This document shows, in pieces, positions 12,375 to 24,539 of a stretch of 64,000 nucleotides of DNA. The DNA is from Narcine bancroftii (Eukaryota): contig NC_091477.1 in assembly GCF_036971445.1 (NCBI RefSeq), positions 51,088,001-51,152,000 on the forward strand, written 5' to 3'. Positions within the stretch are counted from its first letter, which is position 1. Every line of letters starts with the position of its first letter. A program made the position numbers and the translations under genes. Under the pieces are notes generated by a model that saw only the letters and a list, made by a program, of their open reading frames with translations, ran no database searches and was not told where the DNA came from.

Positions 12375-12760
12375 TTTGCTTATACTTTGAAGAAGCGCTC
12401 AGGCCTGAAACGTCAGTAGTCCCCGACTTAAGACCGTAATGGGGACAGAAGCATAGGCTGTAACTCGGGCTTGTCGTAAGTCGGTGAACGGGGAGTTTGA
12501 GCTACCGCGGGGGATGGGGAGCTAAAACCACCACATACAATACTTTTTATACAAAATATGTACTTGTGCAGTAGTTTTAATAAAGATCTTTTAAAAGTTT
12601 TGGTCGTATGTGCAGGCGGACGTAACTTGTGTAGATTGGAAGTTGAAGACCACCTGTATCTTTATCTCCTATGGATGCTGCGAGACTGGTTGGGTTCCTC
12701 TAGCTATTCTGTGCTTTTACTACAATCTCAGCGTCTGCAGACGTTCGTGTTTCACTCTCT
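12375..12760 (+). mobile_element. Penelope-like tail interrupted by a Tigger-type MITE (~12414-12656)
   Basis: ttgaagaagcgctcaggcctgaaacgtc|...|tctttatctcctatggatgctgcgagac; MITE TIRs tagtccccgactta / agttgaagaccacctg-TA. Confidence 0.7.
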
Positions 12761-13059
12761 TCTCTCCAGACTGAGGGCTGCCAGATAGATAGGGAGGGGG
12801 CGCCACCAGCAGGTGAAGTGTCAGATTGTAGCATCATCATTTTTAAATCTGCCTGGATTTCCCCCCAAATAATAAACTTCATTCACAATAAAAAAACACG
12901 CACAAGGAAAACTATGCAAAGTCTTTTCGCATCCTTAGTGATTTTTTTCCCCCCAAGATAAACTTTGTTCACAATACTGTAAGCTACTTACGAGAATGAA
13001 AACCAGTCATTTTCACATCTTTGGTGTCAAATTTTCACCACTACACATTCTTAGATCTT

Positions 13060-13295
13060 GGATGTAGAGGGCAGTCGCATGCCCTTTTCAACACACGAGC
13101 CCTTGCTGCCCAATTACACCTAATTATCCCTGATATGTTTTGAATGGTGGGAGGGAACCGGAGCCCCTGGGGAGAGCCCACCCGGACCTGGGGAGAACTT
13201 GCAAACTCCTCACAGACAGCGCTGGAATCGAACTAAGGTCCCAAATACTGGTGCTGCAACACCATTGCGCTAACCCCTATGCTAACTGTGCCAAC
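13060..13295 (-). mobile_element. tRNA-derived SINE
   Basis: Same family as 2785-3000. Confidence 0.75.
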
Positions 13296-13468
13296 CATTG
13301 TTCTCTATTTAGCACCACTGTGGAACCTTATACTTACCCCCACCCCCCCTCCCCCATTGTTTGAGGGACTGCTCCTTCATCTCACCCCCTCAATGCTCAG
13401 TGACGCAAGGACTCTAGCTTGTGGTTCGTTCCCACAACACCAAGTTTCAGGACTTCCCTCAGCACCTA

Positions 13469-13805
13469 TGTGGTGATACAGCAGTAGCCTACTGGAGGGG
13501 GAAACCACTGTACCAGCAGGAAGATCACCGGAGGACAGACAACACCTGGCCAGCTGTCGATCAGTCTACCTGAATGGACCAAACTCCACCTGGCCAGCTG
13601 CCGATCAGTCTACCTGAATGGACCAAACTCCACCTGGCCAGCTGCCAATCATCCTCCCGGGATATAAGCCACATCCACCCCCTTTTGAGGTCAGTCACTC
13701 CGGAGCAGAGCACAGTTAGCTGCAGCCGAGTCTTTAAGCTGAATAAAGCCTGTTGTTCAATCTTTGAATCTTGTGGTCTGCTTACTGTCACAACAGTGCA
13801 TCACA
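13469..13805 (+). mobile_element. Solo LTR (337 bp) with internal 44-bp tandem repeat
   Basis: TGTGGTG...CATCACA ends; perfect 5-bp TSD ACCTA; gatataag TATA-like box and AATAAA; repeat units start at 13543, 13587, 13631. Confidence 0.9.
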
Positions 13806-14409
13806 ACCTACTCCTGCCATTCAGCAGCATACCCTCACCAACATCTCACTGTATGCAGATTACCGTCATACTGCCCTTTATCAGAGCTCATCATCAAATC
13901 ACCTCTGTTGATTTACCATGCAATATGTCGTGCTGTGGTGTTGGAACCCTGTGTTCCTCATGTCAATCAAACCTCTACGCTATGGTAGATTGAGTGAACT
14001 CTGCGAGGAATTTCGGAAGCAACCCTTTGCTTGGCTCCTGCCTCAATTATTTAAAAAATTAAAACAAGGGTTCAAGCACTATTAATCCAAAGCCAAACGC
14101 CAGTTTCAGCTCAAAACATTGAGCGTTCTTTTTTTTCTCCCACTGATGCTGCTCAGTCTGCAGAAATTCTCCAGCAGAGTTGGTTTCGCTTAGGATTCAT
14201 CTCCAAAACGTACTGGAGGCCAGACAGAGCAAACTGTGCGTCCACGTTAAAGCAATTTTCCTTCCCTCTCTAAAAATCCTCCACTTCCAATCATTTTCAT
14301 TGCCAAGCAGGCTCTTCAATAGGAGGCCATTTTCATGGGGAAGGCGCAATTATGGTTGCAGTTCCAGGCTGTGGGCCCAGAATTGTATTGTTGGTACCAG
14401 TGGAACAAA

Positions 14410-14670
14410 TGATGGAGCCTACTGCCTCAGCTCCAGTGTCTGAGGTTCAATCCCGACCTTGGGTGCAGTCGGGGTGGAGCTTCCACCATCTTCCGATCCC
14501 CAGTTTCCTCCCATATCCCGATGGGTGGGTGGGTTAGTTGACTGCTGCATGTTACCCATGGTGTGTGGGTGAGTGATAGGATCTGGGGGAGCTGATGGGA
14601 ATCAATGCCAGTGGCCGCTTGATGGACGCCTCAGTCTCAATGGGCCGAAGGGCCTGTTTTCATGCTTTAT
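14410..14670 (+). mobile_element. Old tRNA/V-SINE
   Basis: ggttcaatccc B-box; cagtttcctccca core; CR1-like tail tgggccgaagggcctgttt. Confidence 0.6.
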
Positions 14671-14914
14671 AACTCTGTGTGGAATTAAAATGCAGATGAT
14701 CCAAAATCTTATTATGAAGAACTTGCATTTATATAGTGCCTGCCATTCCAAAAGACTATACAACCAACAAAGGAATGATACTTGTAGTCGATGTGTAGGC
14801 TTATGACCAATACTTTAATATTGGCTTCAATTCACATAGATGTATGAACAGGTCATTGCAATAGACCTTGTCTTCACTGAAAGTGCATGGAATTGGCTGT
14901 CAGGCTATTGAAAT

Positions 14915-17900
14915 CATCATTCAGATTTATTGTCAGAGTACATACATGCACATACATGCATTTTTTTTCTTGTGGGCGAGGCAGAATTACCCTCATTATC
15001 AGTGCAACGCATGTAAACAAATAAAGAAATGTAAACAAACTGACTGTGCAATACAGAGGAAAAAATGGGTCCTTCAATGAGTCACTGATCGAGTTGGTCG
15101 TTGAGGAGCAGCTGTTCCTGAACCTGGTGGTGCGAGTCTTGTGGCACCGATACCTCACCACCCAGCACACACGCTGTTCTCACTGCTGCCATCAGGAAAG
15201 ATGTATCGGTGCCACAAGACATTTTTTTTCTCTGTTTTGCAAACTCCTCACAGACACCGCCGGATTCGAACCAAGGTCCCAAATACTGGTGCTGCAACAC
15301 CATTGCGCTAACTCTTCCGCTAACTGTGCCACCCATTGTTCTCTATTTAACACCATTGTGGATACTTATACTTAACCCCACCCCCCACCCCCATTGGTTG
15401 AGGGACTGTTCCTTCATCTCACCCCCTCAATGCTCAGTGGCGCAAGGACTCTAGCTCGCTGATGGCAGCATTCCCTGTCGACGTTCTGGATGGTGGGGAG
15501 GGTTTTACCGGTGACATCCTGGGCTGTGTCCACAACCTTTTGCAGGGCATTTTGCTTGGGGGCATTGGTGTCCCCATACTAGACCGTGATGCAGCCAATC
15601 AGCACAGGGTTTCCGATTTCATTCCAAACCTCCGCAAACTCCTGAGGAGGTAGAGGGGTTGATGTGCTTTCTTCACGATTCCACTTGTGTGTTGGGTCCA
15701 GCAAAGATCCTCCAAGATAGTGACTTCCAAGAACTTAAATTTGCTCACCTTCTCCAGCTCTGATCCCCCAGTGATCACTGGGTCTTCGTGAAGTCAACAA
15801 TCAGCTGCTTGGTTTTGGTGACATTGAGTGTGAGGTTGTTGTTGGTGGAATATTCAGCCAACTTTTCAGTAAACCTCCTATATGCTGACTCATTGGCCCT
15901 TTTTATATAACCCACTAGTGGGGTTTCATCAGCAAATTTGTAAATGATTTTGCTGTCACACAGAACCACACAGTGCCTGTGTGTAGATTAGACGGCCAAC
16001 CCCTCCTCTTGGCTCCACCCCTGTCGGTCCCAATATAAACCCCGTTTTTCTGCCTTACCGTAGATTTACCCAAAGACCTCTGTAAATACTGGCCATTAGT
16101 TACAAGCTAATTAAAATGTGTTCGTGCTCCTCACAAATCTCCGAATACTATCAATCACATAACAATTTTATTAGCTTGATTTTGAGGATGGGATGGAAGC
16201 CCTATTGAAGCCAGGCATGCTCCAGGTCGACCCTCTGTCCCCAGAGGCCCCGGAAGAATTTGTGTAATGGTTGGAGTGCTTCCAGACCTACATAGCGGCC
16301 ACCCAAGAAGTCTTCCACTCCGATGACCTCCAGAGATCGGCCCTCCTCTCTCGAGTTGGTCCTAAGGGATACACAATCATCAAGGACTGCGCGATGTACG
16401 ATACGGCTATCGAAGGCCTGAAGGCTCATTACGAGGCACCAGAATGACGTGCTAGTGAGACACCCCCCCACCCCCCACGCCAGATGCTCCATGAGAGACT
16501 GTGTGCTCAGGATGCAGTAAGAGGGAACACTTGGCGAAAATCTGATGGGCAAAGGGGAACCCCAGGAATGCGACCAGGTGCGTAGCCCCCAAACAGTTGT
16601 ATTCCCCATGCCCAAGCCCAGAGCTCTATTTGACCATCGATCTGAAAGCTGCATATCAGCAGTTACCGATCCGTTCTGAGAACTTTCCCTACACCACATT
16701 TGAGGCAGATGGATGGTTTATCAGTTCCTGAGGGCCCCTTTTGGGATTACGAATGGGATCTCGGTCTTCCAGAGGCAGATGGACAAAATGGTAAATAAGT
16801 ATAGGCTAAGAGCTACCTTCCCCTATCCCCACAACATCACCATTTGCAGACACAACCTGGAGGACCACAACGCAAATCTTCAGAAGTTTCTTCACATGGC
16901 CAAATCCATGAATCTCACGTACAATGTCAATAAGTATGTGTTCAGGACCAAATGTCTAGCTACCCTGGGTTATGTGGTGGAGAATGGTGTCATTGACCCA
17001 GACCCCGAGCATATGCTCCCCCTCTTAGACCTCTCTGTCCTGAGGACCATGAAGGCACTAAGTAGGTGCCTGGGCTTCTTCTCATACTACACCCAATGGG
17101 TACGTCATTACATTGACAAGGTTCACCCCCTCCTAAAATCCACCTCCTTCCCATTGTTGGCCGAAGCCCAGACGGCTTTTAACAACATCAGGAGCTATAT
17201 CGCAAAAGCCACCATATATACGGTGGACGAAACGCACCATTCCAGGTGAAGAGCAATGCCTCTGACGTAGCTCTGGCCGCGCCCCTTAACCAGGTGGACA
17301 GGCCGGTAGCTTTCTTTTCCCGCACCATGTAAAGCCATGAACTCCAAAATCCATCTGGGAGAATGAGGGTCAATCCATTTTGGAGGCCATCAGGCACTGG
17401 AGGCACTACCTGGCCAGCAGGAAATTCATTCTGCTCACTGATCAGCAATCTGTAGCATTCATGTTCAATAACAGAAACAAGGGTAAAATAAAGAATGACA
17501 AGATGGCCAGGTGAGGGATCGAACTCGCCACCTAGAACTAGGAGATAGTGTATAGACCAGGTCCACTCAATGAGCCTCCAGCTGCCCTATCCCGAGGAAG
17601 TTGTGCTGCTGCACACACCAGCCAGTTGGGGTCACTTCACAACGAGCTCTGCCACCCGGGGCATCACCCGCATGGCCCACTTCGTCAAGGCACACAACCT
17701 GCCCATCTCTATTAAAGATATCAGGGAGATGACTGGGTCATGCCAGGTCTGCACTGAGTGCAAACCACACTTATACCACCCCGACAAAATGCACCTGATA
17801 AAAGCTTCCTACCCCTTCGAATGACTCAGCGTCAACTTTAAGGAGCCCCTTACTTCAACTAGCTGAAACATGTACTTTCCTAATGTTATTGATAAGTACT

Positions 17901-19215
17901 TGCATTTTCCATTCGCCATCCCATCCACCTCCGTAGACATCAGAGCTCTGCACTCCATTTTCACCATGTTCGGGTATCCTAGCTATATTCAGAGCGACTG
18001 GGGTTCATCGTTTATGAGCGAAGAGCTATACCAGTACCTGGTCGCATCTCCTCAAGCTGGACGACCAGCTTGAAAAAGAGATCACAACGGTTTGGAAGGC
18101 TGTAAAACTGGCCCTCTGGTCTAAAGGCCTTCCAGACTTCCATTGGCAAAAGGTTCTGCCCACCACGCTCCACTCCATAAAATCAATTCTCTGCTGCACG
18201 ACTAATGTTTGCATTCCCGAGGAAATCCACATTGGGTATCACTCTTCCAGCATAGCTAACAACACCAGGATAAGTCTTGCTGAAAAAGCATGCGAGGAGA
18301 AGCAAAACGGTCCCACTGGTTGAGAAGATACGGTCTCAATCAGAGATCTGACACCTTCAGGAACTGAGGTCCCATTAGGCCTGGAACCTCCAAACACCCT
18401 TCACAGGGTTCCAAAAAACATGGTTCCAATGGATCAACCATTGGACCCGGGACCCCAGAGTCCCACTACCTAACAACCATAGGAAGCACAGGAAGTTCTG
18501 AAAGAGCAAAGTCCATAACTGCTAAGGTGCTTGACCAGAATAACCAGGCCACTTGACAGACTCAACTTACAAATAATTTTTTTTTGATGAATGTGGTCTC
18601 TGTTTTCACCCACAGGTTCTTTTCTGAAGGAAGGGATGAATGCAGTGAATTGGAATGTGTAGATTCGATGGCCGACCCTTCCTCTTAGCTCCACCCCTCT
18701 CGGTCCTGCTATAAACCTTCTTTTCCCACCTTACCTCAGATTTATCTGAAGACTTCTGTCAATATTGGCCGTTAGTTGCATGCTAATGAAAGCGTGTTTG
18801 TGGTCCTCACAAGCCTCCGAGTACTATCGATCATGGCACACAGTTGTAGGTGTGAGTAGAGCAGGGGGCTAAGGACACAGCCCTGTGGTACTCCAGTTCT
18901 CATGCAGAAGGTGGAGAGGTTCTTACCAATCTTCACTGATTATAGACTGGATGTGAGGAAATCCATGATCCAATTACACAGTGAGGTGTTAAGTCCCAGG
19001 TCATGGCAGAGAGGACTTTGAGGGGATGATAGTGTTAAATGCTGAACTTTAGTTGATAAAGAGCATCCTGACGTTTGCACCTTTGCTGTCCAGGTGTTCA
19101 AGGGCTTTGTGTAGAGCCAGTGAGATGTTGCTATGATAGATGAATTAGATCGATGTCGCCACCACCAACACCAGCCTTTCAAAACACCATCACCATCGAT
19201 ACGAAAGCCATAGGT
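14915..19215 (-). mobile_element. Rex1/Babar-like LINE interrupted by a Gypsy element and an internal rearrangement
   Basis: IIYKFADETPLVG, LNVTKTKQLIVDF at 15775-15969; RT continues at 18841-19215. Confidence 0.85.
15975..18840 (+). mobile_element. Internally deleted Gypsy provirus with both LTRs (~15975-16164 and ~18641-18840)
   Basis: Homologous LTRs; purine tract gaaggaagggatgaa before 3' LTR; gag MEALLKPG; RT YQFLRAPFGITN; RNase H; integrase HHCC (CQVCTECKP) and YPSYIQSD; probable TSD CAGT. Confidence 0.9.
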
Positions 19216-19699
19216 CGATAGTTCATGTCTTGGTTCCCAACAGAAATGTTCCGATCCATGTTCCTAAGAGGAACTGCAGAGAATCCATGTTCCTGTTGCA
19301 CTGTTGATGAGCTGATCACTGGGAAAAGTGGAGCTGAAAGAATCTCTCTCCAGGTCAGCAGCACAAAAGCCTGCCAAAGAAGTGAGGAGCGAGGCAGGGG
19401 TGTTTGCATTGTTTGGTGATGTGACTATTACGCTCCCTAGACAATGCACTGTATCTTATGTCCCTGTTGCATGGATGTATTTATATTTACATGATACAAA
19501 CTCTCATCGGTGTTGACAATCCTTTGACATATAACTGCACACCACAGTGGGGTGCTGGAAATTCAGAGAGCCACTGATCGAGAAGGATTACACTGCAGCA
19601 TGAAATACAAAGGCTGTGTACGATGATGGAACTGTGGACAAGGTTTGTTAAACGATTTTGACTATTTTAATAGGAGCCTGTTATATGTTTGATCTAAAT

Positions 19700-20265
19700 T
19701 AGATACAGCTTGGTAACAGGCCCTTCCTGCCCAAAGCCCAAGCTGCCCAAGTTAACCCTTGTGACCAGTTAACCCTGTAAGTCATTGGCAAATGGGAGGA
19801 AACCCATGCAGACATGGGGAGAACACACAAACTCCTTACAGACAGCACCACATTCAGACATAGAACATTTTAGCACAAGTTGTGCTAACCGATGGAAGCC
19901 AACTCCCCAACAATCTAATTTCTCCCTTGCCCATACCCATAACCCTCCAGTTTCCTTACATCCAGGTGTCATTTGAAGAGTCTTTTGAATGCCCCAAATG
20001 TTGTACCATCCTCCCCATCGCTTAAGCAATGCATTCTGAGAAAAAAAAACTCACCTCTGACATGTCCTTTAAACTTTCCTCCACTTGATTGGTACTGGTT
20101 ATCTATCCTATTTATGCCTCTCTTAATCACCTACACCTCGATTGTCCTCTGATCCTTGGTCACTCCAAAGAGAAAGACCCTAGCTCAGTCAACCCTGCTT
20201 CATATGACGTTCTCCAATCAATGCATCATCCTGCTCAATCTCCCAAGCACCTGCATCCATTCGAA
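19700..20265 (-). mobile_element. SINE (19700-19890) followed by a decayed CR1 3' fragment
   Basis: gggaggaaacccatgcagacatggggagaacacacaaactccttacagacag; CR1 motif ccaaagagaaagaccctagctc. Confidence 0.6.
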
Positions 20266-20573
20266 CCCAGGACCCTGGCACTGTATTAATCTTTGTAGGG
20301 TGCGGCATCATTCTGTGCAAAATCAGCCCTCCCGCTTCTGTTGCTCAGCATATCAATTCCACAGTAGTTGACTTAAAATGGGCTCCTGACTTTCCGCACC
20401 CCTCCTAAAGCCTTGTTCACACAAATCCCAGCAGAAACTTATTCAGAAATTTGAAGTGGGGTGTCCAGTGTTTGGGCCTCGTGTTGGAAGAAGCTGCAGA
20501 TAAACAAACTAAACACAGGGAGGAGAAAAATGACAAATGCAGCAATGTTCTTGGGAAGCCATATTTGCATAAA

Positions 20574-20579
20574 TTTATT
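20574..20579 (-). promoter_or_regulatory. Putative DPYSL3 polyadenylation signal
   Basis: AATAAA on minus strand at the distal end of a largely repeat-free, U-rich stretch contiguous with the stop codon. Confidence 0.5.
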
Positions 20580-20974
20580 AGTCCAAGACATGTACTGTAG
20601 ATACAAACATAATTAAATACAAGAAACAATTTCTAAACATCGATTGCCCTTACTCCTTTTTTTAACAAAAACAGAATTTTGGAAGAAAATCGCAATTAAA
20701 TGTCATCAAACTCTTTGATTACAGAATTTAAAAATCCTTTTTTTTGGTAAAAAATAATCCTGCACCTTCAATTATAAGCAATGTATCCAGCACGTCCTGC
20801 AACACAGACTCAGAACAGCCCCCATGTCAATTTTCCACAGGCACTCCACATTAATCAGGAAGAACAAATGAAAAAGCAGAGTAGATATTTAAAAGTGAGT
20901 ACATATCTGACGATGAAATTGAGAAGCCTCATAGTTGGATAAAATGAGGGGGACAGGCAGGCATTCAACTAAAT

Positions 20975-21300
20975 CAGTGGTTTTCAAACTGCCCCCCAAA
21001 CTCACATCCCCCCCACCTTAAGAATTCCCTATGCCATAGGCCCTCTGCGATTGGTAAGGGATTGTATAAGGTGGGATGTGAGTGGGGAGGGAAGGTTGAG
21101 AATCACTGCTCAAGTCCCCAATGTTACTGAAATATTTTGCTTGAGAAAAATTGTCATTGGTCCATTTCCTTTGGAGTTATGAAACCATGTACATAATGAG
21201 TCAATTAGGGACCACCTGAAGCAGATTCCTTACTCATCACAGAGCACTCATGCCATTGGGATTGCTTCAGGTGGAATGTGAGTTTAGGGGGGCAGTTTGA
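20975..21300. mobile_element. Composite hAT MITE-spacer-MITE element (right end truncated), inside the probable 3'UTR
   Basis: MITE1 20975-21108 (cagtggttttcaaa...ttgagaatcactg); spacer is the reverse complement of 36971-37082; partial MITE2. Confidence 0.8.
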
Positions 21301-24258
21301 TGAAGTGCATTTATAAGTGTCCTGTTAATTTGATTGAAGCACTGTCATGCATTAACCCTGACACCCAGTACTGTGGGGAAAAAAAAATGTTTGGGTAAAG
21401 AATAATTATATTTCATTGCTTTCTGCAGATTTACCAGATGTGCTTTTTTTTTTAAAACTACCCAAATTACAATCTATCAACCATTGATAGTTTTGATTTA
21501 AAAATGTGGAGGAAGTGCAGGCCCTGCATCTAACAGGGTTTGTAACAAGTCTCCATAAGTAGGATGGTATATTTCATTCTGAACACCCACCAGATCTTCT
21601 GAAAAGGATGCCATTAAGCTGATGGTAAATAGGCAGCAGGTCAGCAGTGGGGATAAATGTTTTGGTGTTTCGCTGTGGAGCTGGGGAAGAGGCAGCCTTA
21701 GCCTCGGATGTTTCGCAGCAGGGATTTCTTGCAGGAAATTCCACACCAGGATCTGCCTTTGCAGCAGGTTCGGGTGTTTTCCTGGATCTTACAAAAGGGA
21801 CATTGGTTTTCAGTGAGCATCATCGCCATTTACAATGGAAGTGGCCATCTGGGACCAAAATGGTGGAACTCGGATGCTGCTTTTTAAATATCCCAGGTGC
21901 TTATAAATGAAGATGCTTCTGCAGCTTAAACCACAGGGAAGTACTGGAAGCACTTATTCAGGGGCCTTAAATCATATTTATGTTAAACATTCCACCAATA
22001 TGTCAAGGGAGGTAATCCAATAGCGTTTAAAAAAAAACAGGCTGCTTCTGTACTGCTTGATGGCTGAATATAGTAATTGAAATTTATCCAGAGTCTTTCC
22101 CAAGGAGGTCATGGTGATACTAATGTACTTATGTCACATCTTGTTGTTCTAAACAATAGAGGGCTGAGAGAGTGGGTGAGCGTGTGTGTGCACGCATTTG
22201 TTTTAGTTTAGACACAGATACAGGCAAGCTGCAAGATAACTGTATGAAAGCATTTTAGGTCTTTGAAATCATACTTGACAAAACCATTCTGGAAGGATTC
22301 AGCTGCATGCACAAGGTTTGAAGTGAATATAGGTATTCACAAAGGATGCAGTGATTAAAGTATATTTAACAGGTAATTGAAAAGGATGGGGGGTGGAACT
22401 ACAAATCTGTTTTGAGCAAACTGGGAAATTCAGCAACAATCAAGCTTATTTTCTCATTCATCCCTACCCCACTATGAATGGAACATGCAATAGCCATTCT
22501 TCCGACCCACATCTTGGCGGCTGGCACACCATTTAACTGCAGAAGGCCTCAGACAAGTCCAGTCCCAATTTTATCCACCGCACATGGTGGCTCCCCTGCT
22601 TGAAGGATGCCCACAGGTCATTGGGACAGTAAATCTTGAGGAAAATATTTCAGCACCAAAGAGAGGACTTCTAATCTGTCCTGTTAACAAGTTGACCAAA
22701 GTGAATGAACTTGGATAGACGTTAATATAAACTTGGATAAGGAGAAAGAAGTTTTGTATCCACTGATGCACCTGGAAAACAAATTCACAAAATCTGTCCG
22801 ACTTCTAATGAATTCTACCAAGAATCCAAAGGATCCTTCTTTTGGATCTTTCCTCTAATCTCCCTATGGACAAATCTGACCATATCAGTGTCAATCGACT
22901 GTAAACAGAATGTTAGGAAGGGTGGTGAATGGCACTGCTGAATAGGTTAAACATTGGTACTTCAGGGTGAGAGACTTGCCTCTAACTTGCTGGACAGGGT
23001 AGGTGACAATATCATTACTCCCAGTCACGTAAACACTCACAGTAGAATGGAGAGATCACCAGGGAGCACTGCACTGAAATTATTTCATTGATGGTTTTGA
23101 AACTGCAGGTATGTAATGACACAATCAAGGAATTTTGCCACTAAACGGGCCATCTAAAAAGGGAATATGCAGGAATTTGGAGTCAATTCCTCCACCACGA
23201 TTTATCCTACGACTTTTTGGGGGAAGCGTGCAGTGTAAATCGTACTGGAAAAAACTCATTGACGGTCATCCACTCTAATACATGTCCAACCATCGGGACT
23301 GTTGCAGTCAGGTCCTTGCAGTCTAAAAAGGTGCCCAGTGTGAATGAGCACCTGGGCAGTAATTATATTTGTTTTTCTGCGATTTTCAGTGACATTGCAG
23401 TCTAAAAACATTATTAATTCCAATTAAATTTCATGAATTCTGGAAAAAGAAAAGATCAGCACACTCATTTCACTGCCTGTTGGCCTGGAAGTAAAAAATT
23501 CCTTGAAAAAGCTCGTCCATGAGATCAAAGTTCCAAGACAACAAACTTCGGGCAGCATGATTAAATTAAAACATTTGCAATAAATTTGGGGCCATGGGGA
23601 CACTCAATGCAAAGTGATAAATTAAGCAAAAGGCTCATAAAATTAGTGTAACAAATTTGGTATTGGACCTTACCAGAAAGTTACAAAGATGGGTCTTCAA
23701 TGACAGATCTGAGATGAGATTGAATATTTATTTAACGATGGGTGGTCGTACATGTCACGGCAAAATGACAAAGCAGAGATAACCAGTTGACTGTGGCCAT
23801 CACTTGCTGGAATCTATACCCAAGTTTGGAAGGCGGCGGGGGGGGGGGGGGTGGGGGGGAGGTAGAGTGAAGCAAGTGCTGCTGGAGGCGCTGGAGAAGG
23901 GAGCAGTGGCAAGGCTGATTTTGCTGTTAAAATCAACTGAGCTGTAACTGTGATCCTCGCATCCTTGTTATCACAGGTCAACTTGGTCTTAGAGCTAAAT
24001 AAATGAAAACAGTAAGGCATTATTAAAGCAATGGCAAAATAGCTTTCTCATCAATAAGGTTTGAGGCACTGTCAATATTCAATTCAAAGTAACAATTTAT
24101 TTTTTTTATGTTGGACAAACAATTAGCATTTTGATTTTTTTTGCAATGTGTCATTATGATCCGAATTCTTTCTTCTCCCACCCAACCTTCCCATTCCCCT
24201 TTCTCTCCTCTCTTGCTGTCTGTCTGTCTGTCGCTCTCTCCTTTTTCGACTGTGGACT

Positions 24259-24347
24259 TCAGCTGAGCGAGGTGATGTTTGAACGGCCCCCGGGGGGTGC
24301 GACGATACGGTGACCACTGCGGCGAGGGCCGTCGTCCACTTGAGCCC
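24259..24347 (-). CDS. DPYSL3: DPYSL3/CRMP4 last coding exon: (G)[28 protein letters not shown]
   Basis: Acceptor ttcctcctgtccgcag; 89 nt, phase matches previous exon; CRMP C-terminus [13 protein letters not shown] then TGA. Confidence 0.95.
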
Positions 24348-24539
24348 CTGCGGACAGGAGGAAGGAAGAGGCATGAAGTGATGAGGCCAGTGGGAGCCCA
24401 GGTTTTCCCCTTTGCCCGCACCTGCTATAACTTACAACGTAGCAATTGCCCTAAGTGTACGGATGAGTAGTAACGTACAGGGTGGAGTCGGGTTAATGAG
24501 CTGGTGGGACAGTGGGCAAATTAAAACCACTAATGTTAG

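Larger units (their letters stand above)
20555..24258 (-). other. DPYSL3: Probable DPYSL3 3'UTR (~3.7 kb)
   Basis: Follows the TGA; markedly TE-poor compared with flanks; ends at AATAAA. Confidence 0.55.

Noticed and set aside
13543-13650. Regularly spaced direct repeats suggestive of CRISPR
   Set aside because: Head-to-tail 44-bp tandem units with no unique spacers, inside an LTR in vertebrate DNA
16713-17249. 178-aa RT ORF as a possible domesticated gene
   Set aside because: Catalytic YxDD is degenerate (YPHN); flanked by stops and frameshifts within a decayed provirus
300-20500. STK32A exons expected from human synteny
   Set aside because: No kinase motifs or STK32 C-terminal peptides recognised in the ORF track or by eye; short exons could have been missed
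24348-24421. Upstream alternative acceptor (atagcag) for the last DPYSL3 exon
   Set aside because: Adds 74 nt (frameshift) and has a poor polypyrimidine tract
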